Source: the human T2T-CHM13v2.0 reference genome, Homo sapiens
Direction: 5' to 3' (one strand)
DNA length: 64,000 nucleotides
Assembly: GCF_009914755.1 (NCBI RefSeq)
Contig: NC_060926.1
The notes beneath the pieces are model-generated. The model worked only from the letters and a program-made list of their open reading frames with translations. It did not search any database and was not told where the DNA came from. The first letter of the stretch is position 1. Each line of letters opens with the position of its first letter. Below, in pieces: positions 27,599-42,426 of this stretch. The position numbers and the translations under genes are program-made.

Positions 27599-27913
27599 CA
27601 GTACTATCTGAAAGAAAAACAAGGTGATCCACATGTGAGAGCCACATATGTAATTTTAAATTTTATTTCAGCTACATTAAAGTACGAGACAGAATTGGTT
27701 TTAATGCTATATTTTATTTAAACCAATATATCCAAAATATTATGATTTTAACTAATAATATTTTTAAATGAATTTAAATATTTTTAATTTTTTCACAGTA
27801 ATCTTAAAAATTCACTAAGTATTTATACTTTCAGCACATGTCAGTGCAGTCTAGACATATTTCACGGACTCAATAACCACATGTGGCTAGTGGCTACTGA
27901 ATTACACAACATA
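27599..27913. mobile_element. MER33-like hAT-Charlie DNA transposon
   Basis: gagccacatatgtaattttaaatttt...aaccaatatatccaaaatattat...ccacatgtggctagtggctact, preceded by the target ctctagag. Confidence 0.8.
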
Positions 27914-28053
27914 ATATTTGAGTATATGCCAAAAAGTAGGACGCTGGGTCATAAGATATGCACGTTTTCAACATCAGTCAATAATGACCTTTTTTTTTCA
28001 GTTATGGTACCAATTTACACTTTGACCAGAAGCCTTTAAGAGTTTCTGTTATT

Positions 28054-28378
<325 letters not shown>

Positions 28379-29762
28379 TCAACATGCCAGACCCATTGAT
28401 TTTTACCAATCTGTGGGTACATATTAACAATTCATTGTAGCTGTAGTTAAAATTTTCATTTCTCTGGTTTCTCATGAGTTGTACAATCTCTGAGTGATTG
28501 TTGGTTATCTGTGTACCCCTTCTATGCCACCATGCCTGTCAACTGTTCCACTCATTTTCCTGTTGGGTTGTTCGTCATTTTCATATCAATTTTTAAGGGA
28601 GCTTATATATTCTGGATACTAATCTTTTCACTGTTACAAGTGCTGCAAATATCTTCTCCTATTCTGTAATTTCTCTTTCCACTGTCTTTAAGATACTTCT
28701 GATAATGAAATCTCTTTATTTTAATGTAATCAAGTGTATTAATCTTTTCCCAGATGAATTGTGAGTTTTCTTTTTTAAAAATCATTTTCTACCCCAAGAT
28801 TGCAAAGAAATTCTTCTATATTTTCTCCTAAAGTCTTTCTTACAATTCTAGATTGACAGTTATTTTCTCTCATAGTATTGAAGATTTTATTCCATTGTCT
28901 ACTGAATACCATTTTGCTGTGGAAAAGTGAACTGTGGGTACTGTAGTTCCTTTGTATTAATCCATCTTTACTCTCTGGTTATTTTTAGACCTTTCCATGA
29001 TTTTAGTGTTCTTCGGTTTCACTATGAAGGATGAATATGTTTGTAGTGTTATAAATTCATCGGGCTACCTGAATCTGAAGTATGCATAAATGTTTCACCA
29101 ATTAAGAAAAATTCTCAGTCATTATCAATTCAAAAATTGCTGATCCTCTCTTTTCCTTCTAGAACTCCAATCAGATATATGTTAGACCTTCACACTTCAT
29201 CATCCATGTCTCTTAACCTTTCATATTTCTACTCTTTGCCTCTCTGCATGCATTCTGGAAAATTTCTGCAGCTCTATATTCCTATTCATTGATTTATCCC
29301 CTCTAATTAGCTTTCTCTTTGAGCCATCATGACAGCTCATGTCCCAAAGTGAGACTGTGCTGAGGCAGAGGGAGGAGAAAGACAGCCTGAATTTAAAGGA
29401 GGCAGAATCAATGAAGCTGGGGAATGACGTTGTGGACTGAGTGAGCTATGTGAGGGACAATGTCCAATGATGGGGTGCAGGCAGATGCACCCACCAATAG
29501 CTGGTGCTCATCAGTGTCATCAAAATCACAAAGATATGTTGACTACAAACAGTAGATTAACAGAAGCTCTTGGAGAAACAATACTCTGTACAATAGAGTG
29601 GCCTGAGCAAGCATAACAGTCCAAGCTGCCCGGTTTCATATATTAACTTCAAGTTGGGAAAAGAAAGAGCAAATAAATCAGCTGAAATTTAATGTGAGCT
29701 CATTTGATGTATTAAGGTTTGTTAAAATTCTACCAACATATAGTGGTATAAATCCTCTAGAA

Positions 29763-29983
29763 CTGTGCTGTTCAATGCAATAATCACTAGCCACATGTGA
29801 CTACTCTAGTGAAATTATATAAAATGTAAAATTCAGTTCCCAGTCACACTAGCCACATTTTGAGTTCTCAGTAGCCACATGTGGCTAATAGCTAATGACT
29901 ACTGTATTACACAGCATGGATATAGAACACTTTGATCTTTGCAGGAAATTCTAGAATTCTGCAGAAAAGATTGAGCATCACTG
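29763..29983. mobile_element. MER3-like hAT-Charlie DNA transposon
   Basis: Repeated tagccacatgtg blocks; 8-bp TSD ctctagaa (29755-29762) and ctatagaa (29984-29991). Confidence 0.8.
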
Positions 29984-30964
29984 CTATAGAAGCTGAAGAG
30001 CTCATTATTGATGAAGACAGTTGAATTTTTTATTTTGTAGTCTTTGACTCATAGGAAAAAAAATCAGGCAAAACACAAGAAATAGCCTCATAACATGAGA
30101 AATAGCCTCAATAAAACCCAGACATTCCACTTCCTGCTGGGTTCAATACCCGGAGAGTGCCTTGTGCCAAATTGGGAGAGATTCCTCAAAAAACGGGAGT
30201 AGAAAGAGCATAGGGATTGTTGCAAACATTGTGGAGAAGCTCCTGAAATTCCTCCGTCCTCTGACTTTGACTTTGTGGTTGACCTGCATTTTCCACCACC
30301 CTCCATCCCATCTCTGCACTGTGGAAAATATTGTTCATATTTCATTCATTAAACAGAATGGTTTGGCAAGAATAAGGCTTGACCAAGACAAACTTTTAAT
30401 AATAAAGCCTGTAATAGAATCCAAGGAAGTGAGGAAATTGACCTAAACATCCAAATAAGGAACTCAAGGAGTTAGAGCTTTGAGTTATAAACGGGAAGGG
30501 AACTGTGAGACACTGAACTTGCAGGGCCTGTAATCCCTTCATGTCGGAGTTGACCAAGGCTGATTGCTCAATGCCAAGGTGAAGTTAACACTGTCTGCAA
30601 TCTCCAATGGATATCCTAAATAAACTCAAGTAGACTCTGAAGAAGTGCAGAGTTTGATACCGTTTATGCAACATTTAAAAGCATGCAACACAGTCTAGAA
30701 AATGTTATTATGCAAAACAATACCAGAGATTGTTTTTTAATACAGTATATTCAATAAAAATAAAAATACTTGCATGGTAATAAATGCCAACTTCAAATAG
30801 TGGTGAGCTTTAAAGTGGGGGGGAAGGCATCAGGAAGGGAGACACAGAGAGCTTCAACTGTGTATGTTAATATTTCATTTTCTTTAAAAAATCAGATGCA
30901 GGGATGGCTACTTATTACAATAGTCTTACAGAACTATTGGTAGGTACAGAGGTATCAGTTACTT

Positions 30965-31095
30965 CTTTTTTTCTTTTAGAGATAGGGTCTCACTCTGTTG
31001 CCCAGGCTGGTCTTGAACTCATGGGCTCAAGCAATCCTCCCACCCCACCGTCCTGAGTAGCTGGGACTACAGGCAGACACCACCATGCCCAACTC
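30965..31095 (-). mobile_element. FLAM (Alu monomer) inside an L1ME-like 3' end
   Basis: agagatagggtctcactctgttgcccaggctggtcttgaactc...caccatgccc; a single monomer. Confidence 0.85.
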
Positions 31096-32741
31096 CAGTT
31101 ACATTATTCTTTCAATGTTTCTGTTTAAAATTTTTTCTGACAAAAGAAAAGTTAAATAAAACAAATTCCACTTCTCCCCATTAGTATTTGTATGATATTG
31201 GGCTTCCTTTTTTTCTTGTTGCAAACAGGACTAATCTAGTACCTACTAGACAGGCTGTCATGAGAAGTTCAGAAAAGGAACTGTGCCACACACAGAAGAC
31301 AACCACAAACCACTCAACACACCCTCAGGGAGTCAGCCTACTGGAGGGCGCTCTCTGGTGCGGCCAGGACAGAGGGATATGTGGTGGTGCAGAGCAGCCA
31401 ATGGGACATGAGGTGCGCAGTTGGCACGCTTTGCTCTAAAGTATGAGGCCAGAGGTGGTCCATTTTCCTTGAGACTGGAACAGATTAGAGGAATGAAGCT
31501 GGGTCCTGGTGTTCCAGTTAAAACAGAAGGAGAGTTTGGATCTGTAAGCCTCTCTGCTTACTTTGGCTGGCTAGGCTTCCTATTTCCACATCTGTCCACA
31601 GGTCAGGGGAAGCAAAATATGTGGATGTAAACGTTTGCAGTGGTTCTAGCACATCAGCACTTCAGGAAGCCAGATTCCGCTCTGCAGATCTATACGGGCT
31701 GACCGCCACCTGCAGGGACAGGCAGTCTGCCCAAGCGGACCAGAAATTGCTGAGAGAAGAGAGGCCAGTTGGGAATGTTTCCTGCCTTTTCCTCATCCAC
31801 CTTCTAGAGCACCTTTGATCACTCAACTCAATCAAGCATCTTCTCTTCACTCCAGCACTTTTGAATGCTACCCTCCCTGCCACCCCTTTCTTCTGTCATC
31901 ACTAAAGTCCTCATATCTGGGAAGATTCCTGTCTCTATCACCGCCTCACCACTGGCCTCCTCCTTCTGCCCTTCAGGGACCTCCCTCCCAATCCTCAGCC
32001 TCACGTTCCACAGCCCCAGAGGCACTACTGGAATCCTCCCACCTCCTCCCCCACCCACACCCCTCCACCCCTCCTCAAGGATACTATCAACCAAGTTCTC
32101 AGGCACAGCGCTCATACATTCTGATGCTTTCCAGGACTCTGGGCTTGACTCTCTCCATAACACATATTCTCGTCATATCCATGCCTATGATTTCAATTTT
32201 CCTTATGAGCCAGTGACTTCTGAATCTGTACCTCCAACACAGATGTCCTCCCAGCATCCCAGACACATCCTCCCAACCAGTTCTGGACATGACTACCTGG
32301 ATATTGTGCAGTCACCTCAATTACACCGTGCTCAACACTGAGTCATTCTCTTTTTCTTCTCCAGGCCTGTTCATCTTGCATTCTCAAATTTAGCAAACTA
32401 CCAGTGGCTCAGCCACCTAATCCTGACCCTAATTTTCTCCTAACTCCTACATCTAGTCGGTGACCATGTCCTGTTGATTTCACCTCTGACATAACTCGAT
32501 GGACTCTTCCATTGCAGCCCTTTCCACTTCTAAATTCAAGAACCATCATCTGTTGTTGGTACATAGAATAATCATTCCCTAACTTGCTCTCTGCACTCCC
32601 TGACTCTGGTCTAACACTCTCTCAAATGGTGGCTCCAGAGTTATGGCTCTAAAACGCAGCATTGATCATTTTATTCACCTACCTTAAAGTCTGTGTGCAG
32701 GAAAAAACCCAAACTCCTTACTAAAATGCTTATTATCTTTC

Positions 32742-33590
32742 CCTCATCGCCAAAGAAATGCAAATCAAAACCACGATGAGGTAGCATGTCACCCCAATTA
32801 AAATCGATTTCATAAAAAAGACAAGGAATAACAGAAGCTGGCAAGAATATGGAGAAAGGGGAACCCTCATACACTCTTGGTGGGAATGTAAATTAGTACA
32901 ATCTCTATGGAAAACAGTATGGCGGTTCCTCAAAAAGCTAAAAATAGAACTACCATGTGATCCAGCAATCTCACTACTGGGTATATATGCAAAAGAAAGG
33001 AAATCAATATATTGAAGAGATACCTGGACTCCCATGTTTATTGCAGCACTACTCACAATAGCCAAAATACTGAATCAACCTAAGTGCTCATCAGCAAATG
33101 AATGGATGAAGAAAATGTGTATTATTCATCCATAAAAATGAGCAGGACATGAGATGCTACGTTTGCAGCAACATGGATGGAACTGGAGGTTGTTATGTTA
33201 AATGACATAAGCCAGGTACAGAAAGACAAACATCACATGTTTTCACTCATATTTGGAAGCTACAAAAGTGAATCTCATGAAGATGGAGAGTAGAATGATG
33301 GTTACCAGAATCCTAGAAATGTAGAGAAGTGGAGAGGTATGAAGAGAGGTTGATTGATGTGTACAAAAATATAGTTAGATAGAAGAAATAAGACCTGGTG
33401 TGAACACTATTTTCAAAACAGCTAGAAGAGAATAATTTAAATGTTCCTTGCATAAATAAAACAAATGGTTAAGATAATGAATATCCCAATTACCCTGATT
33501 TGAAAATTAAATATTATATGAATGAATCAAAATATCGCATGTGCCCCCAAATACGTGCACTTATTATGTGTCAATTAAAAAAAATAAAAA
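32742..33590 (+). mobile_element. 5'-truncated L1MA (L1MA4-like) 3' end
   Basis: gaaatgcaaatcaaaaccac...tgcagcaacatggatggaactggagg...cccaattaccctgatttga...gtcaattaaaa. Confidence 0.9.
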
Positions 33591-33624
33591 TAAGACCATA
33601 TCACCTAACCCCTGACAAAAAAAA

Positions 33625-33770
33625 TGAACTCTAAGCCAGACTGCCAGGGATCAAATCCCAGCTCTCTGACTTATTAACTAAGGGATCTTAAGGTCATGTA
33701 AGTCTGTGCCTTAGTTTCCCCATCTGTAAATATAAGTAGTGATTGCACATGTATGATGTGTTGGCTGCCA
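33625..33770 (+). mobile_element. MIR
   Basis: gccagactgccagggatcaaatcccagctct...gccttagtttccccatctgtaaa. Confidence 0.8.
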
Positions 33771-35296
33771 TTATTAACTCTCCAGTCTCACTTCTCACCG
33801 TTCCTCCACAAGTACCCTATGCTCTGTCCCTAAAATCACCAAGTTCTGTCATGACTGCACACTTAGGTACTTGCTGGCCCATTTGCCCGGAATGCCTGCC
33901 TTCCCCCTTGTAAGCCTGGATAACTCTAATTTAAAGCTTAAATATCACTTTCTCTGTGATACCTTCCCTGATTTCTCCTATTCTGGTATATCTGTATCAT
34001 ACCACTCACAGTAAAATCTTATTCTTTAGTCTCTACCCAACCCCCACCTTCCTGACAGGAAGGAACCATGACTTATTCATCTTTGTTTTTCCAGCATTTT
34101 GCACAAAACCATATACCTACTAGAATCATGGTAGCTAACAGCATGAATAACTTAAAAGTAGGGAACCTGGGCCTCAAAAATATGAATTGATTAGCTAACT
34201 TTTCTCAATACTTTTCCAGGCTTCCACATAATAGCAGTGCCACAGCTAGAAAGAATGACAGGACATAAAAATGCATTGAACTATATAACTAGAATGCAGA
34301 GCTGTCAAGGAACCCAACCAAGATCTTTCCACTATACCTGTTGAAACTAACAGAGAGTTTCTAATTCAAGATAGCACACTGCCTTGCAAGACCACATTAA
34401 AATGACAATAAAAATATCTAAAAGTCCATCACCATGAAGAAAGTGTGAGTAGTCACCAAGGGACAATAGATTTCAATAAATTTCTGAAAAATAAAAAACA
34501 ATACTTAAGGAGCTGACAAAAGATGAAACAAGATAGAGGATGCTACAGCCTATAAGACTGATGAGTGGGGGTAGGGGGCAGCTACAGAGGAAGACCTCTG
34601 TCCTGAACAGCCCCAGAGAGACTCCCAACTCAGAAATGCCAGGTGCTAGGGTGGGAGTGGGATGAAGGGCTGAAATCAAAGAGATCAATGAAAGTCTATA
34701 TGTAGAGCAGTCGTCCTCAACTCATCTCCTACCTCCACCATGTACAGAATTCCCAGCAGGCTGGTGTGCTGTAATAACCACCTCCCTACTCCGAACAAAC
34801 AAAGCACAAGGTTCTTCTCTTTTGGAGGGGTAAAACTGGGAAAAGCTACAGCAGCTGGCGTAGGGCATTTGGAGTTTTCTTGCTAAGGTTCAACTTCCTG
34901 CCCACTATCCTTAAAGGAAAGCCTACCTGTTGACAAGCTCCGCTTCCACACACAGATTCACAATCACCTTTTCTTATTGCCTCATTCTCAAATATAACCA
35001 AACAACTAAAACCTCATTATACACTTGAGGGAAGCCTATACCGTAAAATAAAAAGACCGATGCAAACAATCAGAAATGGGTAATTCAAAAGGCAGAAGAG
35101 AAGGAGATCTCTAACTAATGTACTCAGAGAGATTTGAGACAATGTCACACAAGATAATAACAAAAGACTATTCATCTAAGGAGCAATCTAAGAAAAGAGA
35201 AAAAATCATCAGAATGATTGGAAAATAATGTTTGGGAAATTTTCATCAGGGAGAACAAAAGGAAATCTTAATTTTTTTAAAAAATATATAAGACAG

Positions 35297-35663
<367 letters not shown>

Positions 35664-36229
35664 TCATCATCTGACTGGTAAAAGTCCCAAAGGAAAAAGA
35701 GAGAATACAGGAAACAGAAGGAGGAGAATTGTTTTTAAAATAGTACCCCAAAATCCCCAAGTTGAAAGACACAAGTCTTTAGACTGAAGGATCAACCAAG
35801 TACACTGCACAAGAGAATAGATAGAGGAAGATTGATAGCTAGACAGATAGACAGACATATTATGAAATTTCAAGACCCCCCAAGGATAAAGAGAAAATGC
35901 TAAAAGCTTCCCAAAAGGTTTTAAAAAGTTGTCTACAGGAGAACAATAACTAGATCGGTATGAGACCTCTCAACAGAAATCTTAGATTCTAAAAAGCAGT
36001 GGAACAAAGGCTTCAAACTCCTGAGAAAAAACACAGTTTCAGCTAAAATTCTATACCTTGCCAAGTATAAAATTAGGACAAAGACATTTTCAGACCTGGA
36101 AGGAATGAAAAATTTACTACCTTTTAATGAATATACTTGATGATATAGTCCAGCAAAATAAGACAATTAAAAAAGAAAGGATAAGACACGGGACCCAGAA
36201 AGCAATAGATCCAATGCAAGAGGTTAAAC

Positions 36230-36390
36230 TTCCAACCTCCGCCTCCGAGGCTCAAGGGATCCTCCCACCTCAGCCTCCTGAGTAGCTAGAACTACAGGTG
36301 CACACCACCACACCCAGCAAGTTTATTTTTGTAGTGATTGAGTCTCACTATGTTGCCCAGGCTGGTCTCGAACTCCTGGGCTCAAGTGAA
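36230..36390 (-). mobile_element. AluJ internal fragment
   Basis: ggctcaagggatcctcccacctcagcctcctgagtagct...ggtctcgaactcctgggctcaagtga. Confidence 0.85.
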
Positions 36391-37144
36391 TTCAAAGGAA
36401 ATTCTAAGGAATTCAAAAAATTGAAAGGAATGTTTAAAGGCATAAACTCAGAAAAAGAGATGATAGGATATCAAGGGTGGGAGAAAGAAAAATAAAAAGA
36501 TGAAAATATTCCAAAATTGATTGTGGTGATGGATGCACAACTCTCTGAATATACTAAAAGCTACTGAGTTGTACACCTTAAATGAATAAATTGTATGGTC
36601 TATAAATTATATGTCAACAAATCTGTCTCAAGAAAAGACAAGAATGTGAGATGAGAAAAAGCAACAAAATTTCAGAAATTGAATGGCAGATGGACGAGTG
36701 ATAAATAATCAGAGACCCCCCCCAAAAAAACTGAATTCCACGCTCACAGTAGAGAAAGCCTCAATGAAGCATCATTTACACGTTGGATGAAACAAAAGAT
36801 TTGGAATCCAGGGACCTTGGGAAATAGAAGTGAGAGAGAGGGGAAGATAGGAGGTTGACAAATTAAGAATCAGTGAAACCCTCGAATGCCCTCCTCCACG
36901 CCACACAACTGGACAGCTGCCAGTGGTGCTTTTGTCGTCATGTTAATATAAACAGAAACACTGTGTTAACCAGGATATCTGTAACTCTCTGTGAGAAGGA
37001 TGAGGGGTGGGAAGTGCATATTTGGTATGGTGGGGGCCAAGGCAGTTAGAGGGAAGAAAGTTAAAGCCTCATCTTTTTTTAATGGGAAGTCAATAGTAAA
37101 TGCCTAAAACTAAGTAATGAAGAAATAACATTGCAAACAAATAA

Positions 37145-37585
<441 letters not shown>

Positions 37586-39459
37586 TAGTATACTGCAGCA
37601 TGTATTTAATGAAAATATGATGTCAGCAAAGTAGAAGAAAGAACATCAACATTTTTGAGTGTATGTCAACACAGACAATATCTAAAGAAACAAGAATTTT
37701 TCTGCATATGTGACTTTGTAGACCAGACAGTAATCTGTGTTATTCTAAGAGCAGTGACTATATGGTTAGTAACTATTGTGATCAATAATTAACGCCACAT
37801 GTCTATCCATTTAGGGATTATGTGTCTTCTCAAAGCCCTCGCAAATTGCTTTATTTGCCTAATAGGACTGAAATCACATCACATGTTTCACATTGCTGAA
37901 AAATGTCCAGCTCTGTATTAAGATATAATTTACATACTGTAAAGTTCACCCATCTAAAGGGTACAACTCAGTGGGTTTTAGTATATTCACAGAGCTGTGC
38001 AACCATCACCATAGTCTAGTTTTAGATCATTTCATCATCCCGATAAGAAACCTGATACTGCTGTTTTAATAACAAGCCTTGTAAGGCATGGTAAAATAAA
38101 ATAAAATAAAAACTAAATTAAAAGAAAGAAACCATTAAGAGTGGTTTCCTCTAGGAAGGAGAACATGGGGTGGTTGGCGATGACATGAGAAATGGAAGTT
38201 TTCATTGTTGGCCTTTCTGTAATATTTTCTGCTTCTTTAAAAACCATTTATGTGTGCTGTTTTGATTTTATAATTTTCTTTAAAAGTTATAACAATTCCT
38301 TAAACACAAACTTAATGGGAAGTCAGGGATTACATTAGTGGCAGTGTTCGCCAAAGACCTTTGGAAGTTGAAAGTGCTCTGCAGATTTGAGGAACTGTTG
38401 TCATTCCAGCATCACAGCAGGGGTGGGGAAGAGATCACACAAGGTCAGCAACTTGGGAACTGGGACATAGCCACATAACACCTGCTGGAAGGTAGCCACC
38501 AGCTGGGATGATGGGGCTGTCCCCACAACAAAGGCCCCTTTTTGGAGATCCCTGGGGCTCAGGAGCCAGTGAGTCTGTCTTTGGGGAAGATAAGGCAGAG
38601 GGCCAACCCTCACGACCCACGAGTGTGGCATGTCCATGACCAGAGACCAAGGCCAGGCTTGCGACATGAAAAGGTGAGTGTCAATGACCTAAGTATTAAT
38701 AGAGAACTGCGGCATCATCTCACCCAGAACCATCTCTCCCCACATAGCAGGGTCCACTTTTCTTGAGATTAGGTCCGTTTTATGTTTTACATTTCCCTTC
38801 ACTTTTCAGAAAAATGGCCCCAAGTGGGACTGCCTTTTTTTAATTCCAAGGAACAGCACCGGCCACATCAGCACTGTTCTCGCCTCTGCCTCCAAGCTCT
38901 GTTTCTCATCTGGCTGCTGAGAGAAGTTGCTGTTGCTCTGCCAGCAAAATGTCTCTAGGAAGAAAGGAATGGAAAATATGAGGAAATTTCCTTACAAAAT
39001 CTCAAAGAATCCTCGCTCAGCATAACCAGTGAGAATTAGCTGCACAATGAACCACATCGGAAAAGGCGATCATAATTCCTCAGTGCCTGATGCCCACCCA
39101 GATTTACAGCAGGACCGCTCTTTGTGGATCCACAAAAGGTTACCACGTTGAGGGAGAGCTTCCCAAATGGGACCGAAGACATGAATCTCATAGGTGAGGA
39201 CCCTCACTGGGGAGTCCTGATGGAGAGATGGGACCAGCCACCCTGGAACCTGAATAAGGAATTTGAAGACTTGGACTTGGGGCTGGAAATGGTAAGACTG
39301 TTCTCAACCTTCGGACCCTGACAGGGCCTGCCCAGTCATGACCATCTCACACTTGTCCCTGGTGTAAGCCCCACCACCACCTGTTCCCAGGCTGTCAGAG
39401 GCACAGTCTTTAGGAACCCACCAGGGGTATAACAAATACACCCCAGCAAAGCTTGTCTG

Positions 39460-40950
39460 TTTTTGTTTCTTTGTTGTTTTATTTTTGTTTTTTTGAGACA
39501 GAGACTCACTCTGTCACTCAGGCTGGAGTGCAGTGGCACAGTCATGGCTCACTGCAGCCTCCACCTCCTGGGCTCAATCCTCCCACCTCAGCCTCCTGAG
39601 TAGCTGAATACAGGCATGCACCACCATGCCTAATTAATTTTTCTTTTTGGCTAACCATCTTTCATTCTTTTAATTTTTTATAGTACTTTCAGTTCTACGG
39701 TACATGTGCACAATGTGCAAGTTTGTTACATATGTATACATGTGCCATGTTGGCGTGCTGCACCCATTAACTCATCATTTACATTAGGTATATCTCCTAA
39801 TGCTATCCCTCCCCCAGCCCCCCACCTCCTGACAGGCCCTGGTGTGTGATGATCCCCTTCCTGTGTCCATGTGTTCTCATTGTTCAGTTCCCAACTATGA
39901 GTGAGAACATGCGGTGTTCGGTTTTCTGTCCTTGCAATAGTTTGCTCAGAATGATGGTTTCCAGCTTCATCCATGTCCCTGCAAAGGACATGAACTCATC
40001 CTTTTTTATGGTTGCATAGTATTCCACGGTATATATGTGCCACATTTTCTTAATCCAGTCTATTATTGATGGACATTTGGGTTGGTTCCAAGTCTTTGCT
40101 ATTGTGAATAGTGCCACAATAAACATACGTGTGCATGTGTCTTTATAGTAGCATGATTTATAATCCTTTGGGTATATACCCAGTAATGGGATGGCTGGGT
40201 CAAATGGTATTCCTAGTTCTAGATCCTTGAGGAACTGCCACACTGTCTTCCACAATGGTTGAACTAGTTTACACTCCCATCAACAGTGTAAAAGTGTTCC
40301 TATTTCTCCATATCCTTTCCAGCACCTGTTGTTTCCTTTTTAATGGTCACCATTCTAACTCATGTGAGATGGTACCTCATTGTGGTTTTGATTTGCATTT
40401 CTCTGATGGCCAGTGATGATGAGCATTTCTTCATGTGTCTGTTGGCTGCATAAAAGTCTTCTTTTGAGAAGCGTCTGTTCATATCCTTTGCCTACTTTTT
40501 GATGGAGTTGTTTGATTTTTTCTTGTAAATTTGTTTAAATTCTTTGTAGATTCTAGATATTAGCCCTTTGTGAGATGGGTAGATTGCGAACATTTTCTTT
40601 CATTCTGTAGGTTGCCTGTTCACTCTGATGGTAGTTTCTTTTGCTGTGCAGAAGCTCTTTAGTTTAATTAGATCCCATCTGTCTATTTTGGCTTTTGTTG
40701 CCATTGCTTTTGGTGTTTTAGTCATGAAGTCTTTGCCCATGCCTCTGTCCTGAATGGTATTGCCTAGGTTTTCTTCTAGGGTTTTTACGGTTTTAGGTCT
40801 AACATTTAAGTCATGCCTAACTAATTTTTAAGTTTTTTGTAGAGACATGGCCTCACTACATTGCCCAGGCTGGTCTCAAACTCCAGTCTCGAACTCCTGA
40901 GCTCAATCAATCCTCCCACCTCTGCCTCCCAAAGTGCTAGGATTATAGGC
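39460..40950 (-). mobile_element. AluJ split by an L1PA insertion (right arm ~39460-39642, left arm ~40812-40950)
   Basis: The two arms are separated by ~1.17 kb of L1, with duplicated target catgcctaa(t/c)taattttt. Confidence 0.9.
39668..40811 (-). mobile_element. 5'-truncated L1PA (L1PA5-7-like)
   Basis: Primate L1 3'UTR ggtacatgtgcacaatgtgcaagtttgttacatatgtatacatgtgccatg. ORF 39884..40255(-) is the ORF2p C-terminus ([18 protein letters not shown]...KTWNQPKCP). Confidence 0.96.
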
Positions 40951-41434
40951 ATGAGCCACTGCACCTGACCTGCATTATTTTTTTAACCAGGACAACTGAG
41001 TAAAAGCTCTGTTATGAGAATGGGACATAGGAGAGGTAGATTTTGACTGGGAGGAAAGGAAAACCCAATAAGAGATCTTACATGGAGGGCAGCCCTGATA
41101 AGGAAAGGTGGGACCCTGCTTTGGGCAACACTAAGTGGAGGAAATAACTAGAAGGAAATGGAACGTAAGTAATCCAATGCAGTAAATAACCAAGAGAAAA
41201 AAGAAAATGATGCAATGACTGACAGCTCATTTTTTCTTTATTTCATTTCATTCATTGACAGCCATTTTACTTGGAAATAAGAAAATTTATATGGAATATA
41301 AATATGCAAGTGAAGTACTGAGGATGATTTTCAGAACCTTCTTTGTAGATAATTACACCCAGGTGAGCCTCTTCTGAATGTCACCTTGAATTATAAATGC
41401 CTCCCTCTCTTCTATCCTCTTAGGCAATGAAGAT

Positions 41435-41670
41435 ACATGGTGCAGAAGTTTTGAAATCAGCCATATCTGGCTGAAAGTCCTGAATCTGCCATTTAGTGGC
41501 TGTGTGACCTTAGGAAAGTCATGCCACCTCTCTGAGCTTCAGTTTCTCCATCTGATTCATGGTAGTAGTAATGACAGCTAACACTTTCCTGATCATTTTC
41601 TATGAACCAATGTTGTAAATCGTCTACATCGATCAACTCTTTTCAACCTCATGACAAACTCATCATGTAT
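41435..41670. mobile_element. MIR fragments (one +, one -)
   Basis: gtgtgaccttaggaaagtcatgccacctctctgagcttcagtttctccatctg, followed by an antisense MIR 3' part. Confidence 0.7.
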
Positions 41671-41672
41671 AT

Positions 41673-42424
41673 TGTTATGGGTTGAATGGTATTTCCCAAA
41701 CATTTACATGTTGAAATCCTAACCCCCAGTATCATAGAATGTGGACTTATTTGGATATAGGATTGTTGTGGAAGTAATTAGGTAATTTAAGATGACATTT
41801 TACTAGAGTAGGATGAGCCCCTAATCCAACATGACAGGTATTCTTACAAAAAGAGGAAATTTAGGCTGGGCGAAGTGGCTCACGCCTGTAATCCCAGCAC
41901 TTTGGGAGTCTGAGACAGGCGGATCATGAGGTCAGGAGTTTGAGACCAGCCTGGACCACATGGTGAAACCCTGTCTCTACTAAAAACACAAAAATTAGCT
42001 GGGCATAGTGGTGTGCACCTGTGATCTCAGCTACTCAGAAGGCTGAGGCAGGAGCATTTCTTGAACCTGGGAGGCAGAGGTTGCAGTGAGCTGAGATCAT
42101 GCCACTGCACTCCGGCCTGGGCAACAGAGCAAGACTCTTTCTCAGAGAAAATTAATAAATAAAAAAAAGAAGAAATTTGGACACAGAGACACACACATAG
42201 GGAGAATGCCATGTAAAGATTGAAACTATTTTGCCACAAGCCAAGAACTCCCAGAAGCTAGGAGAAAGGCCAGGAACAGGTCTTTCCCTGGTGCCTTCAG
42301 AGGGAGCACAACCCTGCTGACACCTTGATCTTGGACTTCTAGCCTGCAGAGCTGAGACAATAAATTCCTGTTGGTAAAGCCACTTGGTTTGTGGTACTTT
42401 GTTATGGCAGCCCTAGCAAATACG
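41673..42424 (+). mobile_element. MLT1B-like MaLR solo LTR interrupted by an Alu
   Basis: tgttatgggttgaatgg...tgttgaaatcctaacccccagta...ttggacttctagcctgcagagctgagacaataaattcctg...ttatggcagccctagcaaa. Confidence 0.88.
41864..42164 (+). mobile_element. AluS
   Basis: Full dimer; TSD aaaaga(g/a)gaaattt. Confidence 0.93.
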
Positions 42425-42426
42425 TA

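Larger units (their letters stand above)
31780..34155 (+). mobile_element. L2 LINE remnant interrupted by L1MA and MIR
   Basis: catgcctatgatttcaattttccttatgagccagtgacttctgaatctgtacctcc (decayed RT region), plus a 3' end cttattcatctttgtttttccagca...catgaataa. Confidence 0.7.
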
